This document shows, piece by piece, positions 19,087 to 29,020 of a stretch of DNA of 64,000 bases. The translations under genes and the position numbers were made by a program. Under the pieces are notes generated by a model, which was given only the letters and a program-made list of their open reading frames with translations, was not told the DNA's origin and did no database searches. The stretch is from positions 288,001 to 352,000 of the IMG/VR virus record IMGVR_UViG_3300045988_170943; one strand, written 5' to 3'. This stretch comes from a virus. Each line of letters starts with the position of its first letter. Position 1 is the stretch's first letter.

Positions 19087-20502
19087 GTGCCACCTAAGCG
19101 AAGGCAATGCCACACAAGAAAGGAACTTAACGTGGCGGCAGAAGCAAAGGTCCAGGATGCAGACAACAAGGGGATCTGGTGGATTCACGGCGCACAAGAA
19201 GCCCCCGACAAATTCAACGGGCCACTAGACACATTTGAGGACATGGCTCCCAGCGAAATGATGCTGCGAGCATGCATCCTGTCACGTAACGTCGCCGCCC
19301 TAGTCTCAGACCCCGGCATGACAAAGACAGCCACAGTACGATCCATTACACGCGAAATGGGGTACGGACTTGTAACAATTATTGGCGCCCAAAAGGAAGC
19401 CCCAGACATCTCAGGATTCCCCACCAGGGGAACCTACAAGATTACCCTCACAAGCGAGGACGGCAGTACAGAGACCATGGAAGTCCCTGTCACAGAATAC
19501 GCGCCACAGAAATGGCAACACTTCGTCATCGAGAACAAGAAGGTCATCATCTTCCTGGATGAGTTCTCCAACACACACCCGTCCACTCGCGCTGGCATGC
19601 TGTCCTTCATCCAAGACCGCGAGTTCCCCGACGGCACCCCCTTCCCGAACGAAACAGTCATCGTGCTTGCGATGAACCCGACCGAGAGCGCACCCGACGG
19701 CTACGAGTTGGACCCAGCCACACGCAACCGGATCACGTTCATTGAGTGGAAGCCAGATAACGTCAAATGGCGTAAGGGGATGCTCAGCAAGTGGGGGACC
19801 GTCAACCCTCTTAGCAACAACGGCCTATGGCGCAAGGCAATTGTCAACTTCCTTGAGGAAAACCCTGGTCTTATCCACAAGATGCCGACAGAAAACTTCA
19901 ACAACGAGAACTCATCCGAGGTGGTCTACGGCCTAGACGCCTCCGACCCGTCATCTCGGATGGTAGCAAACGGACCCTGGCCGTCCCACCGCACCTGGGA
20001 CTTCCTAGGGGACATTCTAGGTACATCGTTCAAGTACGGAAGCCCCAAGAACCGTTATGTACGCGACCTCCTTGTTCGTGGAACTGTCGGGCCTGAGGCT
20101 GCCGACAAGTTCATTGAGTGGATAAGCCGCAACGGGGTCCTGGATGTCGCCAAGCACCTGAACGATCCTGACTCGTTCAGCCTCCAGCACTGGGCCGACC
20201 TGAAACAGGATGACTGGATGTACATTGTCCAGTCTGGCATCGATAAGAACTACCTGACACAGGCCAATGTCGCAAATGTCGTGCGTCTCTTCGAGATCGC
20301 AGTCGCCACGAAGTGTGAGGCATTCGTGTCGTTCGCTGTCGATGACCTATCCAAGATCCTTTCAACAGTGAGCATGGAGGAGGGGGAGAAAAAGGACCTC
20401 CTGTCCAACCGTATCCACAATACTCTTTGTGACCTTTATGGCGGAGAAAGCCGCCCCACAGAGTACGTTTCACCAAAACGTAAGGTGCGGGGCGAGCAGT
20501 AA
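19087..20502 (+). CDS. MoxR-like AAA+ ATPase
   Basis: VSDPGMTKTATVRSI Walker A-like; VIIFLDEFSNTHPSTRAGMLSFIQDREF...VIVLAMNPTE matches MoxR/RavA core; GTG start. Confidence 0.6.
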   Translation: MPPKRRQCHTRKELNVAAEAKVQDADNKGIWWIHGAQEAPDKFNGPLDTFEDMAPSEMMLRACILSRNVAALVSDPGMTKTATVRSITREMGYGLVTIIGAQKEAPDISGFPTRGTYKITLTSEDGSTETMEVPVTEYAPQKWQHFVIENKKVIIFLDEFSNTHPSTRAGMLSFIQDREFPDGTPFPNETVIVLAMNPTESAPDGYELDPATRNRITFIEWKPDNVKWRKGMLSKWGTVNPLSNNGLWRKAIVNFLEENPGLIHKMPTENFNNENSSEVVYGLDASDPSSRMVANGPWPSHRTWDFLGDILGTSFKYGSPKNRYVRDLLVRGTVGPEAADKFIEWISRNGVLDVAKHLNDPDSFSLQHWADLKQDDWMYIVQSGIDKNYLTQANVANVVRLFEIAVATKCEAFVSFAVDDLSKILSTVSMEEGEKKDLLSNRIHNTLCDLYGGESRPTEYVSPKRKVRGEQ

Positions 20503-20547
20503 AATCTCCGCCCGTTTAAAGGCGTGCGCACAAACTGTGTACACCAT

Positions 20548-20606
20548 GCTGGGCCGTAACCAGGGTAGGCTCTTTCCTTTCTTCCTCCCTGTGGTTACGG
20601 CCCAGC
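20548..20606 (+). promoter_or_regulatory. 14-bp inverted repeat in MoxR-DnaB intergenic region
   Basis: gctgggccgtaacc ... ggttacggcccagc. Confidence 0.35.
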
Positions 20607-20762
20607 CCCTTCCTATTCCGCTACGAGAGCCTGGGGCGGGTGCTGCGACCTCCTGGACTGTAGGTGCGATGTGGGCCGGGTAGAATGGTGCTGCCCACCG
20701 CAAGTCAGCATTACCATCCGCCGCATAGGGGTGGGGTGCGAGAAGGAACAGAGGACATCCAC

Positions 20763-22226
20763 ATGTCAGACAGGAACGGCCTGTATCTGAGGGCACAGCG
20801 CAGCCTCGTGTCTGCCCTCCTGTTTGACGGCAGTGACGTAAACCGGGCACTGGAGTTCGTGTCCCCGGACGACTTCAATGATTCTGCCCTGAGCGAGATA
20901 ATGGAGTCTATAGCGAATGTTGCTCGCCGTGATGACATGGTGTCTGAGATAACAGTCAGCGAGGACCTTGAAGCCAGAGGAAAACTGGATAGCGTTGGTG
21001 GCGTGAAGACCATCTACGCGCTGCGTGTTCAAGGTGAACGGGCTCTTATGGAGGGTGTGATCACCACCTATGCGGCTGTCGTCCGGGAGTTCTCCAGCAA
21101 GAACTCGATCATGCGGCTTCTGCGTGACGCTGAAGCCATGTTTCAGGAGGACTCAGGTGTCACCGCCCGCGACGCTATCGCGACCCTCCAGGGACAGTTG
21201 AGCAATGAGGTACTGAAACTCACGGATGACGCAACCACCACGGAAGTGTCCGAGTACATCACCTCATACGAAGACATTCTCGCTGAGCGACTACAGATCA
21301 CGGAGGAGAACTCCCAGTACGCTGATGGCCTCCAGGGTATCCCGTCAATGGTGCCATCCCTAGACAAGTACACTGGCGGCTTCAAGGGCGGGGAGATGAT
21401 CGTAGTTGGGGCCAGGACTGGTATTGGTAAGTCCGTGTTCGCGGTCATGCAGGCTGTAGCGACCGCTCAGACCGGGAAGACCTGCCTATTTTTCTCTATG
21501 GAGATGAACCATGCGGAAATCATTGACCGCATGGTAGCGAACGTTTCCGGCGTTGATCAAAGTCGCCTGAAACAGGGGCGCGTCAACCCTGAGGAGATGA
21601 AGTCCGTGAGGGAGGCGATGAAGAAACTTGAAGACATGAACATCATCATCGACACGGACTCAGCCACCACCCTGGACAGTATCAGGTCGAAGGCGCAGAG
21701 GCAGGCTCAGACCAGTATCGGACTGGACATGATCATCATTGACTACCTGCAACTCATGTCCATGCCCGGCAAGTACAGCAACAGGCAGGAAGAAGTTGCG
21801 GCCCTGTCACACCAGATCAAGCAACTCGCCGCCTCCCTGAACGTACCCATCATGGTCCTGGTTCAGATGAACCCGAAGGATGAGCGAGGCAAAGACGGCG
21901 AAGAGATAATGCCGCACCATGATGATGTGCGCGAGTCCAGAGCCATCAGCCATGACAGCAACATGTTCATCATTCTTCACCGCAACACGAAGACCGACAA
22001 CACTGCGGACCGGACTCTCATCATCCTGAGCAAGAACCGTGGTGGCGCAGCCGGAAAGATTGTCGCCTGCCACTCCGACCTTAGTGTTGCCATGTTCCGA
22101 GAAATCAAGAAGGAAGAGGACGTCACCAAGGACAACCTGGACGCTATGGATAGTGACTTCGAGGAGTTCCTAGGTGACGGCGAGACCCTGGACGGCGACA
22201 TCGATCCAGGCGACATCGACTGGTAG
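20763..22226 (+). CDS. dnaB: replicative DNA helicase DnaB
   Basis: GARTGIGKSVFAVMQA Walker A, IIIDYLQLMS, N-terminal DnaB domain; upstream in-frame extension to 20664 is unlikely to be translated. Confidence 0.85.
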   Translation: MSDRNGLYLRAQRSLVSALLFDGSDVNRALEFVSPDDFNDSALSEIMESIANVARRDDMVSEITVSEDLEARGKLDSVGGVKTIYALRVQGERALMEGVITTYAAVVREFSSKNSIMRLLRDAEAMFQEDSGVTARDAIATLQGQLSNEVLKLTDDATTTEVSEYITSYEDILAERLQITEENSQYADGLQGIPSMVPSLDKYTGGFKGGEMIVVGARTGIGKSVFAVMQAVATAQTGKTCLFFSMEMNHAEIIDRMVANVSGVDQSRLKQGRVNPEEMKSVREAMKKLEDMNIIIDTDSATTLDSIRSKAQRQAQTSIGLDMIIIDYLQLMSMPGKYSNRQEEVAALSHQIKQLAASLNVPIMVLVQMNPKDERGKDGEEIMPHHDDVRESRAISHDSNMFIILHRNTKTDNTADRTLIILSKNRGGAAGKIVACHSDLSVAMFREIKKEEDVTKDNLDAMDSDFEEFLGDGETLDGDIDPGDIDW

Positions 22227-22268
22227 AATCAGCAAAAGAGCAAGGATACAGGGGAGAAAGGGCGAACT

Positions 22269-22670
22269 ATGGGGACTACCTCAGCCAGACGGCACCCACT
22301 CATGCTGGGGGAGCAGCCACTACTCGCACTCGATGAGGACGCAGACAACAGTGGCTCTGCTGACGACACCTACCTGACAGAGGAACAGCAGGCTACCCGG
22401 TTCATGAGCCGCTGGCAGGAGAAGGTGGACCCACTGATCAGGTACAAGGACTACTTTGAATCCTCAGCCAAGACCAGTGGTCACATCTTTAAGGAGATCC
22501 GACGATTCTACCTGCAACTCGTCGTCAACGGCAACTGGTCAGACGGAAAGTTCGTCGCTGTCGTCGGCAAGATCATGTCGGACAACCAGCACACGGTCAA
22601 CACTCCAACCCTGGATGTTGTAGGCAGGCAGTACGACCGTGAACAGATCAAGACACAAAGACGTCGCTGA
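22269..22670 (+). CDS. hypothetical protein
   Basis: 133-aa ORF between dnaB and loader. Confidence 0.45.
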   Translation: MGTTSARRHPLMLGEQPLLALDEDADNSGSADDTYLTEEQQATRFMSRWQEKVDPLIRYKDYFESSAKTSGHIFKEIRRFYLQLVVNGNWSDGKFVAVVGKIMSDNQHTVNTPTLDVVGRQYDREQIKTQRRR

Positions 22671-22697
22671 GCAAAGCAACAGCCCAAGAAAGGGGGT

Positions 22698-23570
22698 GTG
22701 ACCCGAACCATCATGGTAACCACATTTAACGACCACATGTCCATGAGCAGCGATCTCGTTGACGTGCCAGTCAGCCGCACAGCCGTCAACCACAACACAG
22801 CCGATTATGAGCGGTTTCGCAAGCACATGGCTGACACAGAAGCCAAGTACCGTGCAGCCGAACGCAAGGAGCGGATCAAAGCCATTCAGCAGAACCTTGA
22901 CATGTGGGACCAGCAGACCCCATCTAGGTGGCGTGGCGCATCCCTGACCAAGATGCCCACCTCAGAGGCAGCACTGATCCTCACCAAGATCAAGAATGGC
23001 CCCAAGGGCGGTAGCGTCCTCATTACTGGCCCAGCAGGTGGCACACGCACCATGCTCGCGTATGCCACTGTCAGGAAGATGCTCGCCCAGGGTGTAGCAA
23101 CCCCCAGCCAAGTATGCATCCTCAGTGAGGATCGCATACTGTCATTCGGTAACGCCGGGTTCAGCGGCCGAGACAGACTCAACGCAGCCCTAGATCCGCA
23201 GTACAGGCTGTACCTCATCGATGGCGCTGGATCTAAGGTCACCTACACAGATCGTGAGGCAGCAGCCTATGAAGAGATCTTGGACCACATCTACAGTCGG
23301 GACCTCATCACCGTCATCACCTCCCCGACCAGTATTGTGGAGTTCGCCCGCAAGTTCAGCGAGACCTTTGAGGCCCGTATCATGGACCTCGTGGGCGACC
23401 GCACCATCACCCTACCCGATGTCAGCGACGCCCGCCCCATGAGCGACAGCAGTAGCGGAGACCAAGCGCGGCCAGTCGGGAGATCTAACACAATCTCCCA
23501 GAGCGACAACCTCCGTCAACCTCCGCCACGAGAGCAGTCAAATAGCAGGTTCGACAACTTCGGGTTCTGA
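22698..23570 (+). CDS. DnaC/IstB-like helicase loader with degenerate Walker A
   Basis: WRGASLTKMP...GGSVLITGPAGGTRTMLAYA resembles DnaC AAA+ core but the Walker A lysine is replaced (GGTRT). Confidence 0.5.
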   Translation: MTRTIMVTTFNDHMSMSSDLVDVPVSRTAVNHNTADYERFRKHMADTEAKYRAAERKERIKAIQQNLDMWDQQTPSRWRGASLTKMPTSEAALILTKIKNGPKGGSVLITGPAGGTRTMLAYATVRKMLAQGVATPSQVCILSEDRILSFGNAGFSGRDRLNAALDPQYRLYLIDGAGSKVTYTDREAAAYEEILDHIYSRDLITVITSPTSIVEFARKFSETFEARIMDLVGDRTITLPDVSDARPMSDSSSGDQARPVGRSNTISQSDNLRQPPPREQSNSRFDNFGF

Positions 23571-23713
23571 GGTAAGGTCGGCAACACATGAACAGAACCC
23601 GAAGGTTTGACAACTGTGTAAAGTTTCTATTCTGCAACACCAGCGACCATTGAGATCACTTGTGCTGCACGGTATAATCGACGGCAGATTGTACCTTAAT
23701 TCCACCACACCGA

Positions 23714-26083
23714 TTGCAGGTGCCTCTTATGTTCGAGACCTACCACAGGATGAAGAACACAGTCGATGTGTCGTTCGACGACTTCTTCACTGACTCCCCG
23801 GTCCACGTCACCAAAGGTGAACCTAAACCCAGGCGAACCCTGTCAATGGTCGCAAAGAACCTGGGTGTCTTCATGCTCGTCGCGGCCCTGTGCGGGACCC
23901 TCACCTCAGTGTGGCCGATCCTCGCGCTCAGCCAGGGGGTACAAGCCGCAGAACCAATCGCTGAGTACTGGAAGTCCCTGCCAGAGAACCTGGAAGACAT
24001 CGAGATCGGGCAGAAGAACACGCTACTCGACATCAACGGCACCCCATACGCTGAAGTATGGTCAGAGAACAGAACCACCCTCACCTCACTGGACCAGGTG
24101 AGCGACTACGCAAAAAAGGGCTTGATCGCAACCGAAGACAAGGACTTCTACAAGCACAAGGGCTTCAGCCTGAAAGGTACAGCGCGAGCAGCAATGTCCA
24201 GTTCCGGTGGAGGATCCGGCATCACCCAACAGTTAGTGAAAAACCTCCAGTTCTTCAACCTAGCCGGTCGAGACAAGAAAGACCAGGCCGTCGAAGCCAC
24301 CATCGGCCGCAAGGTACGCGAACTCAAACTGGCACTAGGCTACGAGAAGAAGCACACCAAGAACGAAATCCTGCTCACCTATTTCAACACCGTAGCGTTC
24401 GGCGGCCCCAACACGTACAGCATCGAGACCGCCGCCCAATACTACTTCGGGAAGCCAGCCAAGGACCTCGACCTGGCAGAGTCAGCAGTCCTCGTCGGAA
24501 GCGTCCAGAACCCCAGTCGCTTCAACCTAGACAACACCGAGGACAGCAAGACCAACTACAAGGCCCGCCAAAAAGATGTGCTCGACAGGATGGTCACAGA
24601 GGGTTACATCACCCAAGCCGACGCAGATAAGGCATATGGTGAGGAACTGAACCTCGTCTACAAGTCAACCTCCAACGGCAACTGCACCTCCAGCAGATAC
24701 CCCTACTACTGCGAGTATGTCATGGGCTACCTGTCCAAGTCACCGAAACTAGGGGAGACACAGGAAGAGCGAGACGCCATCCTCCGCAAGGGCGGCCTCC
24801 AGATACACACCTACCTAGACCCCAACGCTATGGGGATCGTGGACGCGCAACTCAAACAGGACTACGGAACAGACAACCACCTGGCCGCCCCTACCGCTGT
24901 CGTCCAACCAGGCACAGGAGGCGTACTCGCAATGGGATCCAACCGCGACTACGGGACCGGCCCAGGACAGACCACCGTCAACCTGCCCTTACATGCCACT
25001 GGCACCGGGTCCGTCTACAAAATGATCACACTCGCTGCCGCACTCCACGAAGGCTATACCGAGTCCGACCTAGCGTTCTCATCCCGATGCCCCCTCGTCG
25101 ATTCACGCTACGACACCCCAGACGGCGGAATCACCAACTCCGACTCCTGCTCCCTCCAGGGAGGTTACATGGACTACCGGACCGCCACAGCCCTATCCTC
25201 CAACACATGGTTCAGCGAGTTGGAGATCAAGGTCGGTGTCGAGAAGGTCAAGGAGTTCAGCGCCAGTGTCGGACTGTCCGCACCCGACAACATCACCTCC
25301 CGGTCCCTGGCCTACACGCTGGGTGTCACAGAGAACTCAGAGGTAGCGATGGCGGCAGCATTCGCAACATTCTCCAACGGCGGCATCTACTGCCCTCCCA
25401 GCCCCGTCTCTACGTTCTCTTACGCAGACGGCACCTCACCCGTTGTCCCAGACACCTATGACCCCAAGACAGACTCCTGCCGCCGTGTCCTGTCAGAGAA
25501 GGACAGCGGCGTGGTCCTCAAGGCTATGCGAGCCAACGTCAGCGGCGAGATCCCCAACGCTTTCGGGAACAAGTTCAACACATCAGGGTACACGACCGTA
25601 GCCAAGTCTGGCACCAACCAACTTTACAACTCCACGTGGGCTGTCTTGTCCGGCAACTTCAGTGTCTTCAGCAACATCTATGACCCTGTAGACTTCACTG
25701 AGGGCATGGACCCAACAACATACCGTGGCAGCCAGTACCGGTGGTGGGACCACGTGATCGGATACACGGGCCGCGACATCATGACCTCACTGCTGAACAC
25801 GGAAGGATACAAGCCCCTAAAGTTTGACAGCAGTGACGACACCATGACCGAGGTGTCCGTTGAGTCCAGGGACTTCGTAACCATCCCCTCCGTGATTGGT
25901 ATGGAACCGGCGCAAGCGATGGCGACGCTCAACTCGCTAGGGTTCCCTGCCCACCTGAGTAAGGAGAAGAAGCCAGCACCAGACGGTTACCAGTCTGGGG
26001 TGATTGTTGAGCAGAACCTCACCCCTGGCACCCAGTTGCCGGTCGGAAGTAAGAAGGAGATCATCATCTACCAGTCCAAGTAG
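23714..26083 (+). CDS. class A penicillin-binding protein (GT51 transglycosylase + transpeptidase) with C-terminal PASTA domain
   Basis: N-terminal TM; GT51 motifs EDKDFYKHKG and GITQQLVKN; transpeptidase SVYK (SxxK), SSN, KSG; C-terminal PASTA-like IPSVIGMEPAQAMATLNSLGF. Confidence 0.8.
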   Translation: MQVPLMFETYHRMKNTVDVSFDDFFTDSPVHVTKGEPKPRRTLSMVAKNLGVFMLVAALCGTLTSVWPILALSQGVQAAEPIAEYWKSLPENLEDIEIGQKNTLLDINGTPYAEVWSENRTTLTSLDQVSDYAKKGLIATEDKDFYKHKGFSLKGTARAAMSSSGGGSGITQQLVKNLQFFNLAGRDKKDQAVEATIGRKVRELKLALGYEKKHTKNEILLTYFNTVAFGGPNTYSIETAAQYYFGKPAKDLDLAESAVLVGSVQNPSRFNLDNTEDSKTNYKARQKDVLDRMVTEGYITQADADKAYGEELNLVYKSTSNGNCTSSRYPYYCEYVMGYLSKSPKLGETQEERDAILRKGGLQIHTYLDPNAMGIVDAQLKQDYGTDNHLAAPTAVVQPGTGGVLAMGSNRDYGTGPGQTTVNLPLHATGTGSVYKMITLAAALHEGYTESDLAFSSRCPLVDSRYDTPDGGITNSDSCSLQGGYMDYRTATALSSNTWFSELEIKVGVEKVKEFSASVGLSAPDNITSRSLAYTLGVTENSEVAMAAAFATFSNGGIYCPPSPVSTFSYADGTSPVVPDTYDPKTDSCRRVLSEKDSGVVLKAMRANVSGEIPNAFGNKFNTSGYTTVAKSGTNQLYNSTWAVLSGNFSVFSNIYDPVDFTEGMDPTTYRGSQYRWWDHVIGYTGRDIMTSLLNTEGYKPLKFDSSDDTMTEVSVESRDFVTIPSVIGMEPAQAMATLNSLGFPAHLSKEKKPAPDGYQSGVIVEQNLTPGTQLPVGSKKEIIIYQSK

Positions 26084-26271
26084 GCGGGTGAGAACTGCCT
26101 TAATCGGGCGGGGCATATAGACCTATTTTGTGACCCCGTGGCGGAGATTAGTGCTATCTGAGCGTAAGCCCCGCCACTGCGAGCGACGGTTTCGGTATCA
26201 TCCCCTATAGGCAGAAAAGAGGCGCCTCTCACCTAAGAGAGGTCGATGACGCAAACCGGAAGAGGTAGCCG

Positions 26272-27087
26272 ATGTCAAGCACGGTAGAGGAAGCGACCAC
26301 GGGCCTGGAACGCATGGAGCAGGCTGTCCGGGCGGCCCGGGATGCACGTGCGGCACTGAAGAAGGACCTGGAATCCGTGAAAGCGGAGATACAGGCACTC
26401 ACAGCCCTACAAGCACGCATTCAGGCATCATTGGACGCCACCTTAGCATTCACCTCCTCCGGCCCCAGTCAGCCCACCACAGCAGGCCCAGAAGAGACAG
26501 AACCAACTAAGGCTGTCGCACAGGAGGACACGCCACCTGAGTCCACCACGCCCCAGGGCACTCCGACAGGCATCGGCACACCCAGCCATGAGACAACACC
26601 TGTGGACGCATCTCTGGACACGTCCACCCAGCCAGGCCGAGCAGGCCACAGCCACATTGAGGGAGTGGGCTCTCCAGACACGCACAGCGGCGGCAGGCAG
26701 GCCGACAACAAGGATGCATCCACCAACACCCCAGATGCAGGCCCAGACCTGACACCATGGGAGGATGAGGCATACCTGAGTGACTACGGGCAGAACGATC
26801 AGGTGGAACGAACCCAGTGGCCATCCAGCCTAAAGACAGCAGACGAGATCTTCGACACCAGCAACCAGGAGATCCCAGAAGACAGCACTGCTGTGAGCAA
26901 AGAGCCCCAGGTGCCCACCAACACCACCTCAAAACCCAGCGACACAAGCCGGGGTAGAAAAGCGCGCACAGGCACCCAGAAGAAACCCGCCACCCATAAA
27001 ACCAGCACTAAGAAAAAGAGTGAGCCGCCCCCAATCGGTGACGGCATAGGAGATAACTTCACCATCGACTTCGGTGTCCCACTATGA
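26272..27087 (+). CDS. hypothetical protein, coiled-coil N-terminus then S/T/P-rich
   Basis: 271-aa ORF. Confidence 0.45.
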   Translation: MSSTVEEATTGLERMEQAVRAARDARAALKKDLESVKAEIQALTALQARIQASLDATLAFTSSGPSQPTTAGPEETEPTKAVAQEDTPPESTTPQGTPTGIGTPSHETTPVDASLDTSTQPGRAGHSHIEGVGSPDTHSGGRQADNKDASTNTPDAGPDLTPWEDEAYLSDYGQNDQVERTQWPSSLKTADEIFDTSNQEIPEDSTAVSKEPQVPTNTTSKPSDTSRGRKARTGTQKKPATHKTSTKKKSEPPPIGDGIGDNFTIDFGVPL

Positions 27088-27109
27088 CATAGGCGAGAGG
27101 GAGTAGCCA

Positions 27110-28270
27110 GTGAAGATAATCACAGAAGCCAGCAAGTTCACCAACACCATCAAATGGGTGGGACTCGGCCTTGACAGGAAGACCAACGGTACCCGGATCA
27201 TCCTCGACGCCCACAGTGACGGACGCTGCTACCTGTCTTACCACAGCGGCAGCGTGTACACATCCGCCCCACTAGAAGTCCTAACCATCGACTTCCAGGA
27301 CGAAAACCCCAGCCAGGACAGCGTACAGGTCACCTTAGACGGAGTGTTTCTTCAACGTCTCGCCCAAGGACTACCCAAGACCGGTGACATCACTCTGATC
27401 AGCAGGCGAGATGAACCCATGAAGGTCACCTCCAAGACCGGCCGGTTCACCGCCCCCACCTACAACGCCCGCAAAAAGCCCACCCCCAACACGTCATGCG
27501 TCGGAGAGGTAGACGCAGCAGAGTTCTTCAGCACCATATCCAGGGCCGCCAGAGTGTGTGACAACCGTGAGAACATTAGGCACAAGTTCGTCAACACCGT
27601 GGACCTATCACTCAACCCAGACACAGGCACCATCCGAGTATTCTCCTTCGACACCTATGTGATGGCCGAAACCACCATGAGATATACACCCACCAGTCAG
27701 CCACAAAACCAGGGGTACGTGCTCATACCATCCCAGTACGCCTCCATGATCCGCCCAGACAAGGACATGACCGGTGCTGTCAAGATACTGGAAGAAATAG
27801 GGGCCAACGGGAAGACCTACCGGGTAGGGTTCGAGTTCGACGACGGCAGGCGGATCCTCATGCCACTCAAGGACGTCCTCAGGTGCCCGAACGTTGACGC
27901 CATGGTAGAGGAATGCAGAAGAGGAGTACAAGCCCAGGTTATCGTCTCCACCGCGGCAGTCACCTCAGCAATAAAGAACGTGTCTGCCCTCACAGCCAAC
28001 AAAACCGACATCAGCGTCACCGGCCAGGACATCACCCTCACCGTATCCTGTGACGACAACAGCATCACAGTGCCACTCACAGGCGGATCATTCGAGACCC
28101 CCATAGAAGCCCTGTTCTCACGGGAAGTCATCACCAAGGGCCTGTCACCTATCACCACGAAAGATGTTCAGGTCAGTTTCAGTACGGACGCGGTGATCCT
28201 AGAACCTATCGGGGCCAGCATTGACACCACAGTCATTTTCACCATGAAACGGTACAGGGGAGAGTCATGA
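27110..28270 (+). CDS. possible DNA polymerase III beta sliding clamp
   Basis: 386 aa (three-domain clamp size), GTG start, N-terminal pattern resembles DnaN; weak. Confidence 0.35.
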   Translation: MKIITEASKFTNTIKWVGLGLDRKTNGTRIILDAHSDGRCYLSYHSGSVYTSAPLEVLTIDFQDENPSQDSVQVTLDGVFLQRLAQGLPKTGDITLISRRDEPMKVTSKTGRFTAPTYNARKKPTPNTSCVGEVDAAEFFSTISRAARVCDNRENIRHKFVNTVDLSLNPDTGTIRVFSFDTYVMAETTMRYTPTSQPQNQGYVLIPSQYASMIRPDKDMTGAVKILEEIGANGKTYRVGFEFDDGRRILMPLKDVLRCPNVDAMVEECRRGVQAQVIVSTAAVTSAIKNVSALTANKTDISVTGQDITLTVSCDDNSITVPLTGGSFETPIEALFSREVITKGLSPITTKDVQVSFSTDAVILEPIGASIDTTVIFTMKRYRGES

Positions 28271-28962
28271 CCATACACTTGTTGACGGCAGTATTCGGTG
28301 GCGTATCATCACTGATCCTACTGTTCGTGACTATGCTGTACTCCCCGGGCTGGGTTGACAGGGGCCGCTGGCAATTAGTGAACGTGCTAGCCTTCGTGAC
28401 ATCTACTGTATCCAGCATCTTCACATCCGCGATGCTCCCTTCTGGTGATGTTACGCACTGGCTCACGGCCGTGGCCGGGGGCGTGTCAGTAGGAACAACC
28501 GTGTTCGTCACCACCCAGTGCGCCTACACGGACTTCACCTACCGGAAGGGTGACAGGTGGACTCTGCGTGCAGCGATAGCGATGAACGCTGCCACAGGTG
28601 GGGTCAGCCTGTTCCTGGAGCCCGCGCGCACTCAGGGTGAGCGGTGGTTGTTCGTCCTCCTGGTGCTTCTGTCACTGGTGCTGTTTCTGATCCCGTCCCT
28701 GGGTAAGTCGGATGCCCGCGCCACTCTCTTAAGTGTTCTGGCGACTTACCCGATGGTGGGGGTCCTGGGCGTCCAGTGGGGCCTGATCGTCCTGGCGCTG
28801 GTTCTGGGGGTGTATGGGGTGTCCTCATCGGTGCGGATGATGTGGGGCGTGAAAGGTACATTGAGGGGTGTATTCCGGGAGAAGATGAGTATTCCCATGG
28901 TCCCACTCATCACTGGATCATTCCTGATTGCAGAGATATGTGCAGCACTGGCCCAACAGTAG
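28267..28962 (+). CDS. polytopic membrane protein
   Basis: 231 aa, ~6 TM helices. Confidence 0.5.
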   Translation: MTIHLLTAVFGGVSSLILLFVTMLYSPGWVDRGRWQLVNVLAFVTSTVSSIFTSAMLPSGDVTHWLTAVAGGVSVGTTVFVTTQCAYTDFTYRKGDRWTLRAAIAMNAATGGVSLFLEPARTQGERWLFVLLVLLSLVLFLIPSLGKSDARATLLSVLATYPMVGVLGVQWGLIVLALVLGVYGVSSSVRMMWGVKGTLRGVFREKMSIPMVPLITGSFLIAEICAALAQQ

Positions 28963-29020
28963 GCGGCGATATTCTGGTGAGTTTAATCACGGCCCTCCCT
29001 GGCAGGAGAAAGGCACACAA

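Noticed and set aside
24058-25461. Arg/Pro-rich alternative-frame ORFs (190 aa, 124 aa) inside the PBP gene
   Set aside because: Out-of-frame with the conserved GT51/transpeptidase reading frame; the composition (R/P/H-rich) is typical of off-frame translation of GC-rich coding DNA
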